From Tubiluchus corallicola (lineage: Eukaryota; Animalia; Priapulida), in contig JAQGDQ010000727.1 in assembly GCA_030141605.1 (NCBI GenBank), positions 42,886-106,885 on the forward strand: 64,000 bases of DNA. Direction: 5' to 3'. Below, in pieces: positions 1-11,591 of this stretch (positions are counted from its first letter, which is position 1; each line of letters starts with the position of its first letter). The translations under genes were made by a program, and so were the position numbers. The notes under the pieces were generated by a model that ran no database searches, was not told the DNA's origin, and worked only from the letters and a program-made list of their open reading frames with translations.

Positions 1-1068
1 TATAAGACTGTAAAGTTTTTGTTCTTGTTGTGAACCGTTGATAGTTTTATTATTAATATTGGTAGGACGTATTGCTTCGTGAGCCTCTTGTGCTCCTTTT
101 GCTTTAGTTTTGTATTTTCTTACTTTTATATACTCACTACCTTTAAGGTGGGTGATGGCTTCTTTAGCTTGTGCTATGGCTGTGTCAGCAAGATTTACAG
201 AATCAGTTCTCATATAAGTAATGATACCTGCCTCATAAAGTTTTTGTGCAACTGACATAGTACGGGCTACGGGAAATCCTAATTTTCTACTGGCTTCCTG
301 TTGTAAGGTAGAAGTGGTAAAAGGAGGAGCAGGAGTCTTAGTGAGTGGTTTTACCGTAATGTCTTGTATAGAATAGCTAGCAGTCTTACATTTTTCCAAT
401 AACTGCATAGTTTCTTGCTCATCATTTAATTTTTTATTAAGCTCTGTTTCCAGTAAACTTTTATTGTCTTGTAACAGAAAATTTCCATTTACTCTAAAAT
501 AAGGCTTGCTTTTAAAAGCAATAATTTCTCTTTCTCTTTCTACAAGAACCCTTACAGCCACTGATTGCACCCTGCCTGCAGATAATTTACCTTGTATTTT
601 TTTCCACAATATGGGCGACAATTCAAAACCTACAAGACGGTCTAAAACTCTACGTGCTTGTTGAGCATCTACAAGATCTTGATTGATATTACGCGGAGTT
701 TCTACAGCTTTTAATATAGCAGACTTAGTAATCTCGTGAAACACAATACGTTTTACCTTATCGCTGTCTAATTTGAGTTCATCAACTATATGCCAAGCTA
801 TTGCCTCTCCTTCACGGTCTTCATCGGAAGCGAGCCAAATAGTTTTTGCTGTTTTAGACAATTTTTTCAGTTCGCTAACAGCTTTTTTCTTGTCAGCAGG
901 GACAATATAAACAGGGTTATAATTGTTGTCCAACTCTACACCTAAATTTTTCTTGGCGAGATCACGTATATGTCCGTAACTGGAAGTTACAAAAAAGTCT
1001 TTGCCAAGGAATTTTTCTATGGTTTTGGCTTTGGCAGGTGATTCTACTATTACTAAATTATCTTTCAT
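1..1068 (-). CDS. topA: DNA topoisomerase I (5' part, runs off window start)
   Basis: Not in the ORF track. Manual translation from ATG at 1068 gives MKDNLVIVESPAKAKTIEKFLGKD, SSYGHIRDL, WLASDEDREGEAIAWH and AGRVQSVA, all type IA topoisomerase Toprim motifs. Confidence 0.96.
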   Translation of the reverse strand, partial: MKDNLVIVESPAKAKTIEKFLGKDFFVTSSYGHIRDLAKKNLGVELDNNYNPVYIVPADKKKAVSELKKLSKTAKTIWLASDEDREGEAIAWHIVDELKLDSDKVKRIVFHEITKSAILKAVETPRNINQDLVDAQQARRVLDRLVGFELSPILWKKIQGKLSAGRVQSVAVRVLVEREREIIAFKSKPYFRVNGNFLLQDNKSLLETELNKKLNDEQETMQLLEKCKTASYSIQDITVKPLTKTPAPPFTTSTLQQEASRKLGFPVARTMSVAQKLYEAGIITYMRTDSVNLADTAIAQAKEAITHLKGSEYIKVRKYKTKAKGAQEAHEAIRPTNINNKTINGSQQEQKLYSLI

Positions 1069-1324
1069 TACTTGCCAAATTTGTATGAGGTTAAATATTT
1101 TTTTGTTACAAATTAAAGTAAATTGCTTTGCAATTGCAAAAGTAATACTTTTTAACTGTATATAAGATAGAATTATTTAATGATTACTTATAAAATTCTA
1201 ATGTTGTTTTTCCATTAAATAGCTTTCTTCTATCGAACATACCGAACTAAACGTAAAATATTGCAAAAACTTACCCCAAGTTAGCAAGTAATTGAGAGTT
1301 GTATATAATTACTATATTTGTAAA

Positions 1325-2212
1325 ATGAACAGTATTGTAAAACATATTATATACTTACTCCACCACAATGACTGTGTGATTCTTCCTAATTTTGGTGGTT
1401 TTGTATGTCGACATTATCCCACACACCTAAATTTCCAAACTAACATTATACTTCCTCCTACAAAAAAGATAATGTTTAATAAAAATCTTAATTCTAATGA
1501 TGGACTACTTATCAACCACATCACCCAAATAGAAAATATTACTTATCAGACTGCCACAAAAAAACTTAACAATTTTGTAGCAGAACTCACTCAACAACTT
1601 AACACATACAAAACAATTACGTTAGATGGTATAGGCATATTTACCCAAACTCCTGAAAATACTTTAAGCTTTGTTCCTCAAACAAATATTAATTACTTCT
1701 TACATAGCTATGGATTAGAAAAAATTACTTCTGAAAAGTTACTCTTAAAACCAGCAGCAACACCTCAAAACATCACAGAAACAATACCTACATACATTCA
1801 TCAAACACAAAATAAAACCATACAAACTATAGTAAAGGTAGCTGCTACTATTACCATACCCCTACTTATTGCTCTTGCAATATATACTACACAAGAAAAT
1901 GCAGATTTAAAAAGTATACAAACATCCATACATCAAATATTCTCGAATACTACCAATAAGCCATCTGCCCAAATAACATCGCCAACAAAATACCACCTTA
2001 TTATAGGCAGTTATAAACACCTCCAAACAGCACAGCGCCAACAACAACGGCTCAAACAAGAAAACATAGCCACAAGCATACTAAAAGGAAAAAACAACCA
2101 CTATCGAATATCCGTAGCCTCATACACTAACAAAGACAAAGCCTTGCAACAACTTAAATATTACAAACAACAACATTCTGACATCTGGCTGCTTACACAA
2201 AAAACACCCTAA
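1325..2212 (+). CDS. HU/CCDC81-like N-terminal domain + TM + SPOR domain protein
   Basis: N-terminal LLHHNDCVILPNFGGFV motif, a central hydrophobic segment and C-terminal SPOR-like YHLIIGSY...YRISVASY. ATG at 1325 follows a TATATTTG promoter motif. Confidence 0.8.
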   Translation: MNSIVKHIIYLLHHNDCVILPNFGGFVCRHYPTHLNFQTNIILPPTKKIMFNKNLNSNDGLLINHITQIENITYQTATKKLNNFVAELTQQLNTYKTITLDGIGIFTQTPENTLSFVPQTNINYFLHSYGLEKITSEKLLLKPAATPQNITETIPTYIHQTQNKTIQTIVKVAATITIPLLIALAIYTTQENADLKSIQTSIHQIFSNTTNKPSAQITSPTKYHLIIGSYKHLQTAQRQQQRLKQENIATSILKGKNNHYRISVASYTNKDKALQQLKYYKQQHSDIWLLTQKTP

Positions 2213-2218
2213 CCTTCT

Positions 2219-3436
2219 ATGGAGGCACTATATATCATTATAGGAGCAATTGCAGGAGCAAGTATTATTTACTTACTTAAAGAGAAGCAACTTGCTATTC
2301 AAAAAAAAGAAAATCAACACCTTAAAGAAAATCACAAAACTTATAAACAAGAACTTCAGCAACAACAGCAAAATCTACAAACACAATTAGAAAACTTCAC
2401 TAATAAAATACTCGAAGAAAAAACACAAAAAATTACACAGCAAAACAAAGAAAACATAGACACTATTCTTTTTCCCCTCAAAGAAAAACTTACCAACTTT
2501 GAGCAAACAGTAAAAAATACTCACGAAAAAAACATAGAACATCATACCTCCCTCAAAGAACAAATAAAGCATCTCTCTCAACTCAATCAACAAGTCAGTC
2601 AAGAAGCACACAACCTCACCACAGCTCTCAAAGGCGATAGCAAAACACAAGGTAACTGGGGTGAAATGATATTAGAAAATATTTTAGAAAAATCAGGTCT
2701 GCAAAAAGACAGAGAATACTTTATACAACAATCACATACCAATGAAAATGGGAAACGACTACAACCTGATGTAATAGTAAAATATCCCGGAGAACGACAC
2801 GTTATTATAGACTCAAAAGTATCACTTATAAATTACGAAAAATACAACACTGCCACCAACAACGAAGACAAACAAAACCACCTTAAAAACCATATCAACT
2901 CTATAAAAATGCACATCAAACAACTTAGTAGCAAAGGCTACGAGAACATACCTACTATTAAGGGCTTAGACTTTGTAATGATGTTCATACCCATAGAACC
3001 CGCCTATCTTCTTGCAATAAATGCTGAATCTGAACTATGGAACTACGCTTATGAAAAACGCATATTACTTATTAGTCCTACTAACCTTATAGCTTCACTA
3101 AAAATGATAGTCAGCCTATGGAAACAAGAACAACAAAGCCAAAACGCAAAAGAGATAGCTGAAAGAGGAGGGAAAATGTATGACCAATTTGTTAGATTTG
3201 TAGAAGACCTGATAAAAATAGGGAAGAAAATAGACGAATCAAAAACCACGTACCAAGATGCTATGAAAAGGTTGCATACAGGAAACGACAACCTTGTAAA
3301 ACAAACCGAAAAAATGAAACAACTTGGGGCAAAAGCAAAAAAACAACTTCCAGAAAATTTATTGAAAAGAACCCAAGAACAAGAAATACAACTACAAAAA
3401 AATAAGGAGCTTCAAAAAAATAAAGCCCCTTATTAA
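2219..3436 (+). CDS. rmuC: DNA recombination protein RmuC
   Basis: N-terminal TM and coiled coil; ALKGDSKTQGNWGEMILE, PDVIV, IIDSKVSL and DFVMMFIPIEPA motifs. Confidence 0.95.
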   Translation: MEALYIIIGAIAGASIIYLLKEKQLAIQKKENQHLKENHKTYKQELQQQQQNLQTQLENFTNKILEEKTQKITQQNKENIDTILFPLKEKLTNFEQTVKNTHEKNIEHHTSLKEQIKHLSQLNQQVSQEAHNLTTALKGDSKTQGNWGEMILENILEKSGLQKDREYFIQQSHTNENGKRLQPDVIVKYPGERHVIIDSKVSLINYEKYNTATNNEDKQNHLKNHINSIKMHIKQLSSKGYENIPTIKGLDFVMMFIPIEPAYLLAINAESELWNYAYEKRILLISPTNLIASLKMIVSLWKQEQQSQNAKEIAERGGKMYDQFVRFVEDLIKIGKKIDESKTTYQDAMKRLHTGNDNLVKQTEKMKQLGAKAKKQLPENLLKRTQEQEIQLQKNKELQKNKAPY

Positions 3437-3454
3437 AATACAGTTTAAAATGCT

Positions 3455-3934
3455 TTATTTCTTCTCGTCAGAATCTCCTAACAAAGGAATCTCCTCTGCC
3501 AGTTGAGCATCAACAGTTACTCTTATTTTATTCTCAAGCTGAAAGAAACGCAAAGTTTTTTGTGGTGACAGTACTTTTTGAAACTTTTTAGTATATGTAT
3601 TATCTATCTTTGCTAAATCAACTCTTACCTTTGCTAAATCAGCTAGAATTTCTTTAGCTTTCTCACTGGTCATATTTTCAAAACCATCAGCAAAGCTAAC
3701 ATAAGACTTTATACGTTTGTTATTTACCTCCGTCACTTTACCCATATACTCGTTATACAAAGTCCAAAAAGGCTCGCTTTCTTCTTGAGTTAATTCCATA
3801 GACTCAGTTATCAAAGCCTTTTTCTCTGTATGAAAAGTAGACCTTACTATCTCAAAGTAATCATTTGCCTGCTGCGAAAAAGAAAACCCAGAAAAACCAA
3901 CAAACAAAATAACTAACAAAACAATTTTTTTCAT
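3455..3934 (-). CDS. secreted helical hypothetical protein
   Basis: Signal peptide MKKIVLLVILFVGFSGFSFSQ; helical body with LTQEESEPFWTLYNEY. Confidence 0.75.
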   Translation of the reverse strand: MKKIVLLVILFVGFSGFSFSQQANDYFEIVRSTFHTEKKALITESMELTQEESEPFWTLYNEYMGKVTEVNNKRIKSYVSFADGFENMTSEKAKEILADLAKVRVDLAKIDNTYTKKFQKVLSPQKTLRFFQLENKIRVTVDAQLAEEIPLLGDSDEKK

Positions 3935-3993
3935 AATATATAATTTAAATTAAACACTAAATTAACAGCAAAAGTAAAAATTATTTTACAATT

Positions 3994-5517
3994 TTAATCT
4001 TTAAACACTCCATCTTGAACCTCTACGTCACCCACATTCCACACCCAGTGTTTTATCAAGTCGGGAAATGCTTCTGATTTAAAAATAGAAGTCCCCTTTA
4101 AGACTCTAAAACATTCTTGAACACCTTCTGTAATACTTGGGTGTGGGTATAAAGTTTTCATAATTTCCTCCAACCCATTACCTTCATTAATTAAATGAGC
4201 AATACCCACAATAAAAGATGATGCGTGAGGTCCAGAAGCTCTAACTCCAAGTAATCTTTCATCTTCCGAATTACTCACCAACACTTTTACAAAGCCTCGT
4301 GTATTTCTCATCGCAATAGTTCTATTCACCATTGCATTAGAGTACACAGCAGCTTTATATGAAATACCTTTACTTTGGAGCATCTTCTCGTTCATACCAA
4401 CAGAAGCTACAGCAGGGCGAAAAAACATCAAAGCAGGCATATTAGAATAGTCTATAGGAGGCGCTTCTCCATTATAAATACCCTCAATCACATATCTCCC
4501 TTGCTGCTCTGCCACACTATACAACTGAGAATTACCTGTAACATCACCTACTGCAAATATATTACACTCTTCGGGGTGACCTGCATTACAAGTATCATTA
4601 ATATTCAAAAAACCATTGGGTAGAGGTTTTACACCTACATTTTCCAGTCCTAAATCTTCTGTATTAGGCACACGACCAATAGATATCAAGGCTACATCCA
4701 CCTCTATCACCTTACTATGACCATCCGTATAGTCCAAAATTATTTCTAAGTAATCCTTTTTTTTCCTTATCTCACGCAACAAGGCCTTTCTATGGATAGT
4801 AACACCATTCCCCTCTAAGCCCTGTGAAACAAAGCTACTTATATCAGCGTCTTCATAGGGAATCACTCTATGATAACGGTCTAGTAAATGTACTTCTGTT
4901 TGTTTAAAATTAGAAAAGATAGTGGCAAACTCACAGCCAATAATTCCAGAGCCAATTATCACCATACGTTCTGGGAACTTCCTAAGATTAAGGATGCCCT
5001 CTGAGGTAAGTATACGTTCTTCATCTATCTCTAAATCAGGCAACAGTCTAGGCTTAGACCCCGTAGCAATAATAAAAGAATCAGCACTTATCACCTCTTC
5101 TCCTTCTTCCGAAATAATTACTACCTTTTCCCTACTTAGAAATTTAGCCTTACCATATTTTAATGTAATATTTCCAGCTTCTTTTTTCTTTTTAGAGAAG
5201 GTTTCAATCTGCGAAAGCATTTGATACTGTTTATCTTTTGCCGCTTGTATCACAGCCTTTCTCACCTCATTATAATCAACTGTTAGTCCTGATGCTCTAT
5301 ATCCTCTCGACACATTAGCCGCCACTGCATAATCCTGTGAGAGTTCCCACATCGTTTTTGAAGTCAAAGCCCCATTCATTACACCAGCACCCCCAATATG
5401 CTTAGCTTCAATAATGCAAACATCTTGTCCAAAATCAATTGCTCGCATCGCTGCAGCAAATCCGCCTGGCCCACTTCCAATTACTACAACATTATACTTT
5501 TCCATCAATAACCCCAT
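3994..5517 (-). CDS. class I pyridine nucleotide-disulfide oxidoreductase (Lpd/SthA-like) lacking the redox cysteines
   Basis: FAD motif VVVIGSGPGG, IIATGS, NAD motif IIGSGIIGCEFA, FAVGDV, C-terminal HPSITE. The CxxxxC position reads GGAGVMNGALTSK. Confidence 0.88.
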   Translation of the reverse strand: MGLLMEKYNVVVIGSGPGGFAAAMRAIDFGQDVCIIEAKHIGGAGVMNGALTSKTMWELSQDYAVAANVSRGYRASGLTVDYNEVRKAVIQAAKDKQYQMLSQIETFSKKKKEAGNITLKYGKAKFLSREKVVIISEEGEEVISADSFIIATGSKPRLLPDLEIDEERILTSEGILNLRKFPERMVIIGSGIIGCEFATIFSNFKQTEVHLLDRYHRVIPYEDADISSFVSQGLEGNGVTIHRKALLREIRKKKDYLEIILDYTDGHSKVIEVDVALISIGRVPNTEDLGLENVGVKPLPNGFLNINDTCNAGHPEECNIFAVGDVTGNSQLYSVAEQQGRYVIEGIYNGEAPPIDYSNMPALMFFRPAVASVGMNEKMLQSKGISYKAAVYSNAMVNRTIAMRNTRGFVKVLVSNSEDERLLGVRASGPHASSFIVGIAHLINEGNGLEEIMKTLYPHPSITEGVQECFRVLKGTSIFKSEAFPDLIKHWVWNVGDVEVQDGVFKD

Positions 5518-5677
5518 ATTTTGATATAATGTAACAAATATAGCATAAAATAAACAATAAATGTTTTACAAAGATAAAACTCTATTAGCCTATTCTCTAT
5601 ATAAGGTAGGGTATTATCTTAATTTAAAAACTATTTGATTAACTAATCTCACAAACTCCCATTATAAAAGAAATACC

Positions 5678-5685
5678 TACCTTTG
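5678..5685 (+). promoter_or_regulatory. Bacteroidota -7 promoter element upstream of smpB
   Basis: TACCTTTG matches TAnnTTTG, 18 nt before the smpB ATG. Confidence 0.6.
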
Positions 5686-5703
5686 TCTCAAACATAATAC
5701 GCA

Positions 5704-6171
5704 ATGAAATCAGGAATAGATATCAATATTAGAAACAGAAGAGCCAGCTACGAATATGAGCTTTTAGAAAAATTCACGGCAGGCATACAACTTGTAGGTA
5801 CCGAAATAAAATCTATACGAATGGGCAAAGTTAGTCTTGTAGATTCTTTTTGTCTGCTCATCAAAAACGAATTATGGGTCAAAGGTTTACACATTGCTGA
5901 GTATTCATTTGCAGGACACAACAATCACGAAACTAAAAGGGATAGGAAACTGCTACTCAACAGACAAGAGCTAAAAAGAATAGAAAAAAAGACCAAAGAA
6001 AAAGGTTTTACTATTGTACCCACAAAACTTTTTATCAACAATAAGGGCTATGCAAAATTACAGATAGCTGTGGCACGAGGTAAAAAATTGTATGATAAAC
6101 GGGAGACTCTCAAAAGAAAAGATGCCAACATAGAAATGGGTAGAGTGCAAAAGAAGGATTACAACCGTTAG
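5704..6171 (+). CDS. smpB: SsrA-binding protein
   Basis: NRRASYEY, AGIQLVGTEIKSIR, RKLLL and GKKLYDKRE motifs. Confidence 0.98.
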   Translation: MKSGIDINIRNRRASYEYELLEKFTAGIQLVGTEIKSIRMGKVSLVDSFCLLIKNELWVKGLHIAEYSFAGHNNHETKRDRKLLLNRQELKRIEKKTKEKGFTIVPTKLFINNKGYAKLQIAVARGKKLYDKRETLKRKDANIEMGRVQKKDYNR

Positions 6172-6330
6172 GATGGCTTTTGCCATTAAACATAGTATAC
6201 CTAATCTATGAAATAACTAAATGTAAAGTCTATCCCCGCTAAGATTTATATATCTCAGAGACAAAAAGCAATACAGCAAAAAAACATAATTAATATTTTC
6301 TTTTTTTGGATTAGAACCATAAACCAGCAT

Positions 6331-8118
6331 TTAATCCAATTTCAACACTGCTAAAAATGCATTTTGCGGAATAGTAACATTACCTACTTGTTTCATTCTT
6401 TTTTTACCCTTCTTTTGTTTTTCAAGTAGTTTTCTCTTTCGCGATATGTCTCCCCCATAGCATTTTGCAGTAACATCCTTTCTCACAGCCTTTACTGTTT
6501 CCCTCGATATTATCTTCGCTCCTATTGCCCCTTGTATTGCTATATCAAACTGCTGACGAGGTATTAACTCCTTCAGCTTCTCACACATTCTCCGCCCAAA
6601 ATTATATGAATTGTCAAAATGCGTAAGCATAGACAAAGCATCTACCTTTTCACCATTCAACAATATATCCAGTTTAATAAGCTTAGAAGCCCTATAACCT
6701 ATTTGATGATAATCCAAGGAAGCATATCCTTTAGAAATACTTTTCAACTTATCATAAAAATCAAAAATAATCTCACCCAACGGTAATTCAAAAGTCAATT
6801 CTGCACGTTCTGTAGTCAGGTAAGTCTGTTTTTTCAACTCACCACGCTTCTTCAAACAAAGCGTCATAATAGCACCAATAAAATCAGCCTTAGTAATAAT
6901 CTGTGCCTGAATATAAGGCTCTTCTATCCTATCTATGTGTGTAGCCTCTGGCAAATCTGACGAATTATGCACCTCTATCAATTCTTGCTTTTTAGTATAT
7001 ACTTTATAAGACACATTGGGCACAGTAGTAATAACGTTCATTCCGAATTCTCTTTCCAATCGCTCCTGTATTATCTCCATATGCAACAGTCCCAAAAAAC
7101 CACAACGAAAACCAAAGCCCAAAGCCACTGACGATTCAGGCTCATAAGTTAAAGAAGCATCGTTTAACTGCAATTTTTCAACAGATGCTCTTAAGTCTTC
7201 ATAATCCTCACTATCTATTGGATAAATTCCCGCAAACAACATAGGTTTCACATCCTCAAAACCTTCAATAGCCTTCTCGCAAGGGTTTTCTACGTGAGTT
7301 ATCGTATCCCCTACTTTCACCTCCTTAGAAGTTTTTATTCCCGAAATAATATACCCTACATCGCCTGTCCTCAAAACATTCTTAGGCTCCATATTTAATC
7401 TTAACGTGCCTATATCATCTGCAGTATATTCCTTTTTAGTAGCAAAAAACTTTACGTGGTCTCCTTTTCTTATCTCTCCATTCACCACCTTAAAATAAAC
7501 AATAATACCACGAAAAGAATTGAATACAGAATCAAAAATAAGTGCCTGAAAAGGTGCGTCCTCATCGCCCTTTGGGCAAGGAACACTTTCTACTACTGCC
7601 TCCAATATTTCCTCCACACCTTGTCCCGTCCTGCCACTTGCCCTTATAATGCTCTCACGCTCACACCCAATAAGGTCAATGATTTGGTCTTCTATCTCCT
7701 CAGGCATCGCACTATCCAAATCTATCTTATTAACAATGGGAATAATTTTCAAATCATTCTCAAGAGCCAAATAAAGATTAGAAATTGTTTGAGCCTGCAC
7801 ACCCTGCGTAGCATCTACAATAAGTAAAGCTCCCTCACAAGCAGCGATAGAGCGTGATACTTCATAAGAAAAATCGACATGTCCCGGTGTATCTATCAGG
7901 TTTAAAACATAATTTTCTCCCTTATACTGATAGTCCATTTGTATAGCATGGCTCTTAATAGTAATACCTCGTTCTCGCTCCAAGTCCATATTATCTAAAA
8001 CTTGAGCCTGCAGTTGCTTGCCCGATACTGTCTTTGTGTATTCCAAAAGTCTGTCCGCCAAGGTGCTTTTACCGTGGTCAATATGCGCTATGATACAAAA
8101 GTTTCTAATATTCTTCAT
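6331..8118 (-). CDS. lepA: elongation factor 4 (LepA)
   Basis: [58 protein letters not shown]. Confidence 0.99.
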   Translation of the reverse strand: MKNIRNFCIIAHIDHGKSTLADRLLEYTKTVSGKQLQAQVLDNMDLERERGITIKSHAIQMDYQYKGENYVLNLIDTPGHVDFSYEVSRSIAACEGALLIVDATQGVQAQTISNLYLALENDLKIIPIVNKIDLDSAMPEEIEDQIIDLIGCERESIIRASGRTGQGVEEILEAVVESVPCPKGDEDAPFQALIFDSVFNSFRGIIVYFKVVNGEIRKGDHVKFFATKKEYTADDIGTLRLNMEPKNVLRTGDVGYIISGIKTSKEVKVGDTITHVENPCEKAIEGFEDVKPMLFAGIYPIDSEDYEDLRASVEKLQLNDASLTYEPESSVALGFGFRCGFLGLLHMEIIQERLEREFGMNVITTVPNVSYKVYTKKQELIEVHNSSDLPEATHIDRIEEPYIQAQIITKADFIGAIMTLCLKKRGELKKQTYLTTERAELTFELPLGEIIFDFYDKLKSISKGYASLDYHQIGYRASKLIKLDILLNGEKVDALSMLTHFDNSYNFGRRMCEKLKELIPRQQFDIAIQGAIGAKIISRETVKAVRKDVTAKCYGGDISRKRKLLEKQKKGKKRMKQVGNVTIPQNAFLAVLKLD

Positions 8119-8177
8119 TTACCTCTACTTTAGGGCAAATATACCACATAATAATGAATTTAGTTGTAGTACACTAC

Positions 8178-8208
8178 AAAAAAAGCACTCTATTGTAGAG
8201 TGCTTTTT
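8178..8208 (-). terminator. rho-independent terminator after the TPR lipoprotein gene
   Basis: Perfect hairpin AAAAAGCACTCTA-TTG-TAGAGTGCTTTTT with A/T tracts on both sides. Confidence 0.75.
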
Positions 8209-8228
8209 GGGGGTTAAAAAAATTAATT

Positions 8229-9968
8229 TTATTTTATTATTTGTTTAAAATCTGCATTATCAAAGTACTGAACAAATTCCATATCTGTTTCGGCTAACTC
8301 TTTAAATGAAGAAGCTCCCTTTACTGCTATTGATAAATTTTTAAGAACACCATTAGTATCATCTTTTCTTGCACTTACTATTGCTTTTAGGTACGATACA
8401 ATAGGCTCGTTACTTTCTACTTTATTAAGTATTTTTTCTGCTTCATCATTTTGTCCTAATAACAATTTATTAAGAGCAGCATTAATTAACACCTTAGAAC
8501 CAAAGTAGCTATCTGCTGTTTGATAGTCGCCTTTTTTTATTGCAACTAATCCAAGGCTTTCGTTAACTGCATCTCCTGCTCCAGCAGCATTTTTAAGGTA
8601 TTCTTCTGCTTTCACTAAATCTTCTTCTATGATGCTAACTACTGCATAGTTATTTTGAATTATTGGATTGTTAGGAGATATTTTATTTGCTTTATCTAAG
8701 TTTGTTTTTGCGTCAGAAAGGTCGCTTTGAATTATTTCTACAGTTGCTTTGTTGTTATAAGGTCTCCAATCATTAGGAGCTTTAGCCATTGCTTTGTCGT
8801 ATATTTTTCCTTGAACTTTCAAATCATCTACCAATGTAGCAGCGTACAACAGTTCTATAAGCGACAATGCATCTATATCATTTGCTACCAATTGAAGAAT
8901 TTCTCTGTCCGAACGACTAATTTCATCAACATTAACTTGTATTTTAGACCTTCTAAGCAAAGGCAATACTTCTTTTTCTATTTGGGTGTAAGCCGCAGAA
9001 ATATTTCTTATTTCTTTTTCTCTTACAGCAGGGTCTTGATACATTGAAAGAACTCTCAAAATCAATTCTTTATCTTGTATATTAGATACTTGCATTAGCT
9101 CTTTAAACCCTTCCCAATCTTCTGCCGTAGTTTTGCTAGATATTGAACCTTCTGCATTTATTTTACCTTTTTTAAGAAGACCTTTTAAATACTTGTCTGC
9201 TGAAGCTCCTCTTTTTTGAGATAACTTATCATTAAAATCATACTCTCCTTCAGGGGAAGCATAAGAAGAGATTGTCACTCCTTTAAAAGTTTGTCTTTCA
9301 TCTTTTTCAATTTCTGCCACAAACTTTTTCAAACTTACAACATCTTCCTTTTTTAACTCCGAACTTCTAATTTCTGCTCTATTCACTACATAATGAATAT
9401 CTGCATCATAAACAGAAGGCATTACCTTTTCAAACCCGTGTGCTCCCAATGCTGCACTTTCAGTATTTACTACAAGAGTTGAAGTTGCAACAACACCATA
9501 AGCCACTAAGGTATCTATTTGGAAAGGTTGTCCATCATCGCCTAGTACCAATTCTCCTTTATCTTCTCCAGTTATTCTAAAATGCAGCTCTGATTTTCTC
9601 ATTTGCTCATTGAAAGGTACCATTCCTTTAAAGGTTACCGTTTTACCCTCCTTATTTGGTATTACAGTATAATTGCCTTGCACCTTCTCTCCTTGATAAG
9701 ATACTTTATCAAAAGCTGTTTCTCCTTCTTCATAAGTCAAAACAGGCTCTATATGAACAGTTGTAGTTTTGGCAAAATACTTAGGAGGAAATGACAATTC
9801 TACTTGTATCATAACTTTGTCTCCATGAACTTCAAGCACTTCAGGCTCTATCTTAATACCTACAGAAGACACATTATCTGCCATCTTTTTTAATCCCCCA
9901 CAACTTGTTACAACAAGTAAACAAAGCATAAGGCTGCTATAAGTTAATAACTTAAAACTTTTTTTCAT
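8229..9968 (-). CDS. TPR-containing lipoprotein with OmpA-like domain
   Basis: Lipobox VVTSC, SYASPEG...NDKLSQKR, AEDWEGFKEL and C-terminal TPRs (DWRPYNN). Conserved Bacteroidota protein type. Confidence 0.85.
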   Translation of the reverse strand: MKKSFKLLTYSSLMLCLLVVTSCGGLKKMADNVSSVGIKIEPEVLEVHGDKVMIQVELSFPPKYFAKTTTVHIEPVLTYEEGETAFDKVSYQGEKVQGNYTVIPNKEGKTVTFKGMVPFNEQMRKSELHFRITGEDKGELVLGDDGQPFQIDTLVAYGVVATSTLVVNTESAALGAHGFEKVMPSVYDADIHYVVNRAEIRSSELKKEDVVSLKKFVAEIEKDERQTFKGVTISSYASPEGEYDFNDKLSQKRGASADKYLKGLLKKGKINAEGSISSKTTAEDWEGFKELMQVSNIQDKELILRVLSMYQDPAVREKEIRNISAAYTQIEKEVLPLLRRSKIQVNVDEISRSDREILQLVANDIDALSLIELLYAATLVDDLKVQGKIYDKAMAKAPNDWRPYNNKATVEIIQSDLSDAKTNLDKANKISPNNPIIQNNYAVVSIIEEDLVKAEEYLKNAAGAGDAVNESLGLVAIKKGDYQTADSYFGSKVLINAALNKLLLGQNDEAEKILNKVESNEPIVSYLKAIVSARKDDTNGVLKNLSIAVKGASSFKELAETDMEFVQYFDNADFKQIIK

Positions 9969-10170
9969 AATTTTTTATTTTAAATTTTAAATGTTAAATT
10001 AAATTCTATTACTTATTAAGGTGCAAATTTATATTTATAAAAAATAAAAACCAAACTAAATAAAATTTTTTATATAAAATTTATTACTTTTGGACAACTA
10101 AAAAAACCAATCTGTCACTCAAAAGTCTAACTATTTTCTCAATTAAAAACCTTTATTTTATTTGACAGCA

Positions 10171-11523
10171 ATGGTTTTTTTTCGCTTTTCTTTTTTATTT
10201 TTCCTTCTTGTAAATATGATAAACTCCCATAGCCAAGAAAAATGGACTTTGGATAGGTGTATCAATTACGCTCTAGAAAATAATCTTGAAGTACTAAAAA
10301 GCAAAATAAAAATAGAAATAGCAACAGAGGAAAACAAACAGTCTAAATACAACTTGTTGCCTGATTTGAGAAGTTCTTCTTTCTATAATTTTGATTTTGG
10401 GCGAACATTTGATGTAGTTTCTCAAAGCTCAATACAAGACAATAGACAAAGTTTGAATCTAAACCTTGAATCCTCAATAGTGCTTTTCAAAGGAGGTGCA
10501 TATAAAAACGAAATAAAAAAAGCCAAGTTAAACTTATTGGCAAGCACTCAAAACTTAGAAAAAATAAAAAACGACATTGCCATTATAGTTTGTTCTTATT
10601 TTTTAGAAATTTTGTTCAATCAAGAACTTCTAGAAGTAGCCAAACAACAACTGGAAATTACTCAACAGCAAGTAGAGAGACTCAACGAACTAACCATCGC
10701 AGGAACTATTACTAAGGAGGAACTTCTAAATTTAAAAGCCCAAGAGGCTAATGAGAAATTAAGCATTATCAACTCAAAAAATGCTTTACGCTTGTCTATT
10801 CTTAATTTAACTCAACTCCTTGACCTTAGAAGCGATGAAGAGTTTGAAATAAGTAACGAGAGATTATTGGTAGAAGAATTTAACCAAATTTTAACAACAG
10901 AAGACGACATATATAAAAAAGCTGTAGACATTTTGCCTGAAATAAAAAGTAAAGAACTGCAAGTATTAAGTATGGAAAGACAATTGGCAATAGAGCGAGC
11001 CAAATTCCTACCTACCTTATCATTTTCAGGAATAATAGGAACAGGTTACTCTTCGGCATTTTATCTTCGAGATGCCAATAATAACTTTCTCCATTATCCA
11101 ATAGAAGACCAATTGCGAGATAACAGAAATCAACTACTAATGTTCTCTTTATCTATTCCCATTTTCAATAAATTTGAAACAAAAAGTAGTGTAAACAAAG
11201 CTAAACTATTTTTAGAAAATGAACGGTTTGAACTGGAAATAGCAAAAAACAAACTTTATAAAGAAATACAAAAAGCACACAATGATGTTACTGCTGCTTT
11301 CGGCAAGCATTTAGCAGTGGAGAAATCCCTTTTATCTGCAAAAGAAGCATTTCGTTATATGAATGAAAAATTTGAAGCAGGCTTAGTCAATTCAATAGAC
11401 TATGCTATGGCAAAGAATAAACTCTTTGCTGCTGAAATAAATTGGATTAATTCCAAGTATAATTTTATTTTTAAGTCTAAAATTTTAGACTTCTATAATA
11501 GTGGAAAGCTGGAAGAATTTTAG
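10171..11523 (+). CDS. TolC-family outer membrane efflux protein
   Basis: Signal peptide, WTLDRCINYALENN, LSIPIFN and EKFEAGLVNSIDY motifs. Confidence 0.92.
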   Translation: MVFFRFSFLFFLLVNMINSHSQEKWTLDRCINYALENNLEVLKSKIKIEIATEENKQSKYNLLPDLRSSSFYNFDFGRTFDVVSQSSIQDNRQSLNLNLESSIVLFKGGAYKNEIKKAKLNLLASTQNLEKIKNDIAIIVCSYFLEILFNQELLEVAKQQLEITQQQVERLNELTIAGTITKEELLNLKAQEANEKLSIINSKNALRLSILNLTQLLDLRSDEEFEISNERLLVEEFNQILTTEDDIYKKAVDILPEIKSKELQVLSMERQLAIERAKFLPTLSFSGIIGTGYSSAFYLRDANNNFLHYPIEDQLRDNRNQLLMFSLSIPIFNKFETKSSVNKAKLFLENERFELEIAKNKLYKEIQKAHNDVTAAFGKHLAVEKSLLSAKEAFRYMNEKFEAGLVNSIDYAMAKNKLFAAEINWINSKYNFIFKSKILDFYNSGKLEEF

Positions 11524-11591
11524 TTCTGAATTTCTAAATAACTTTCAGCAACGATATATCAAAGCAAAAGAACAGTAAAACACTACCTTAC

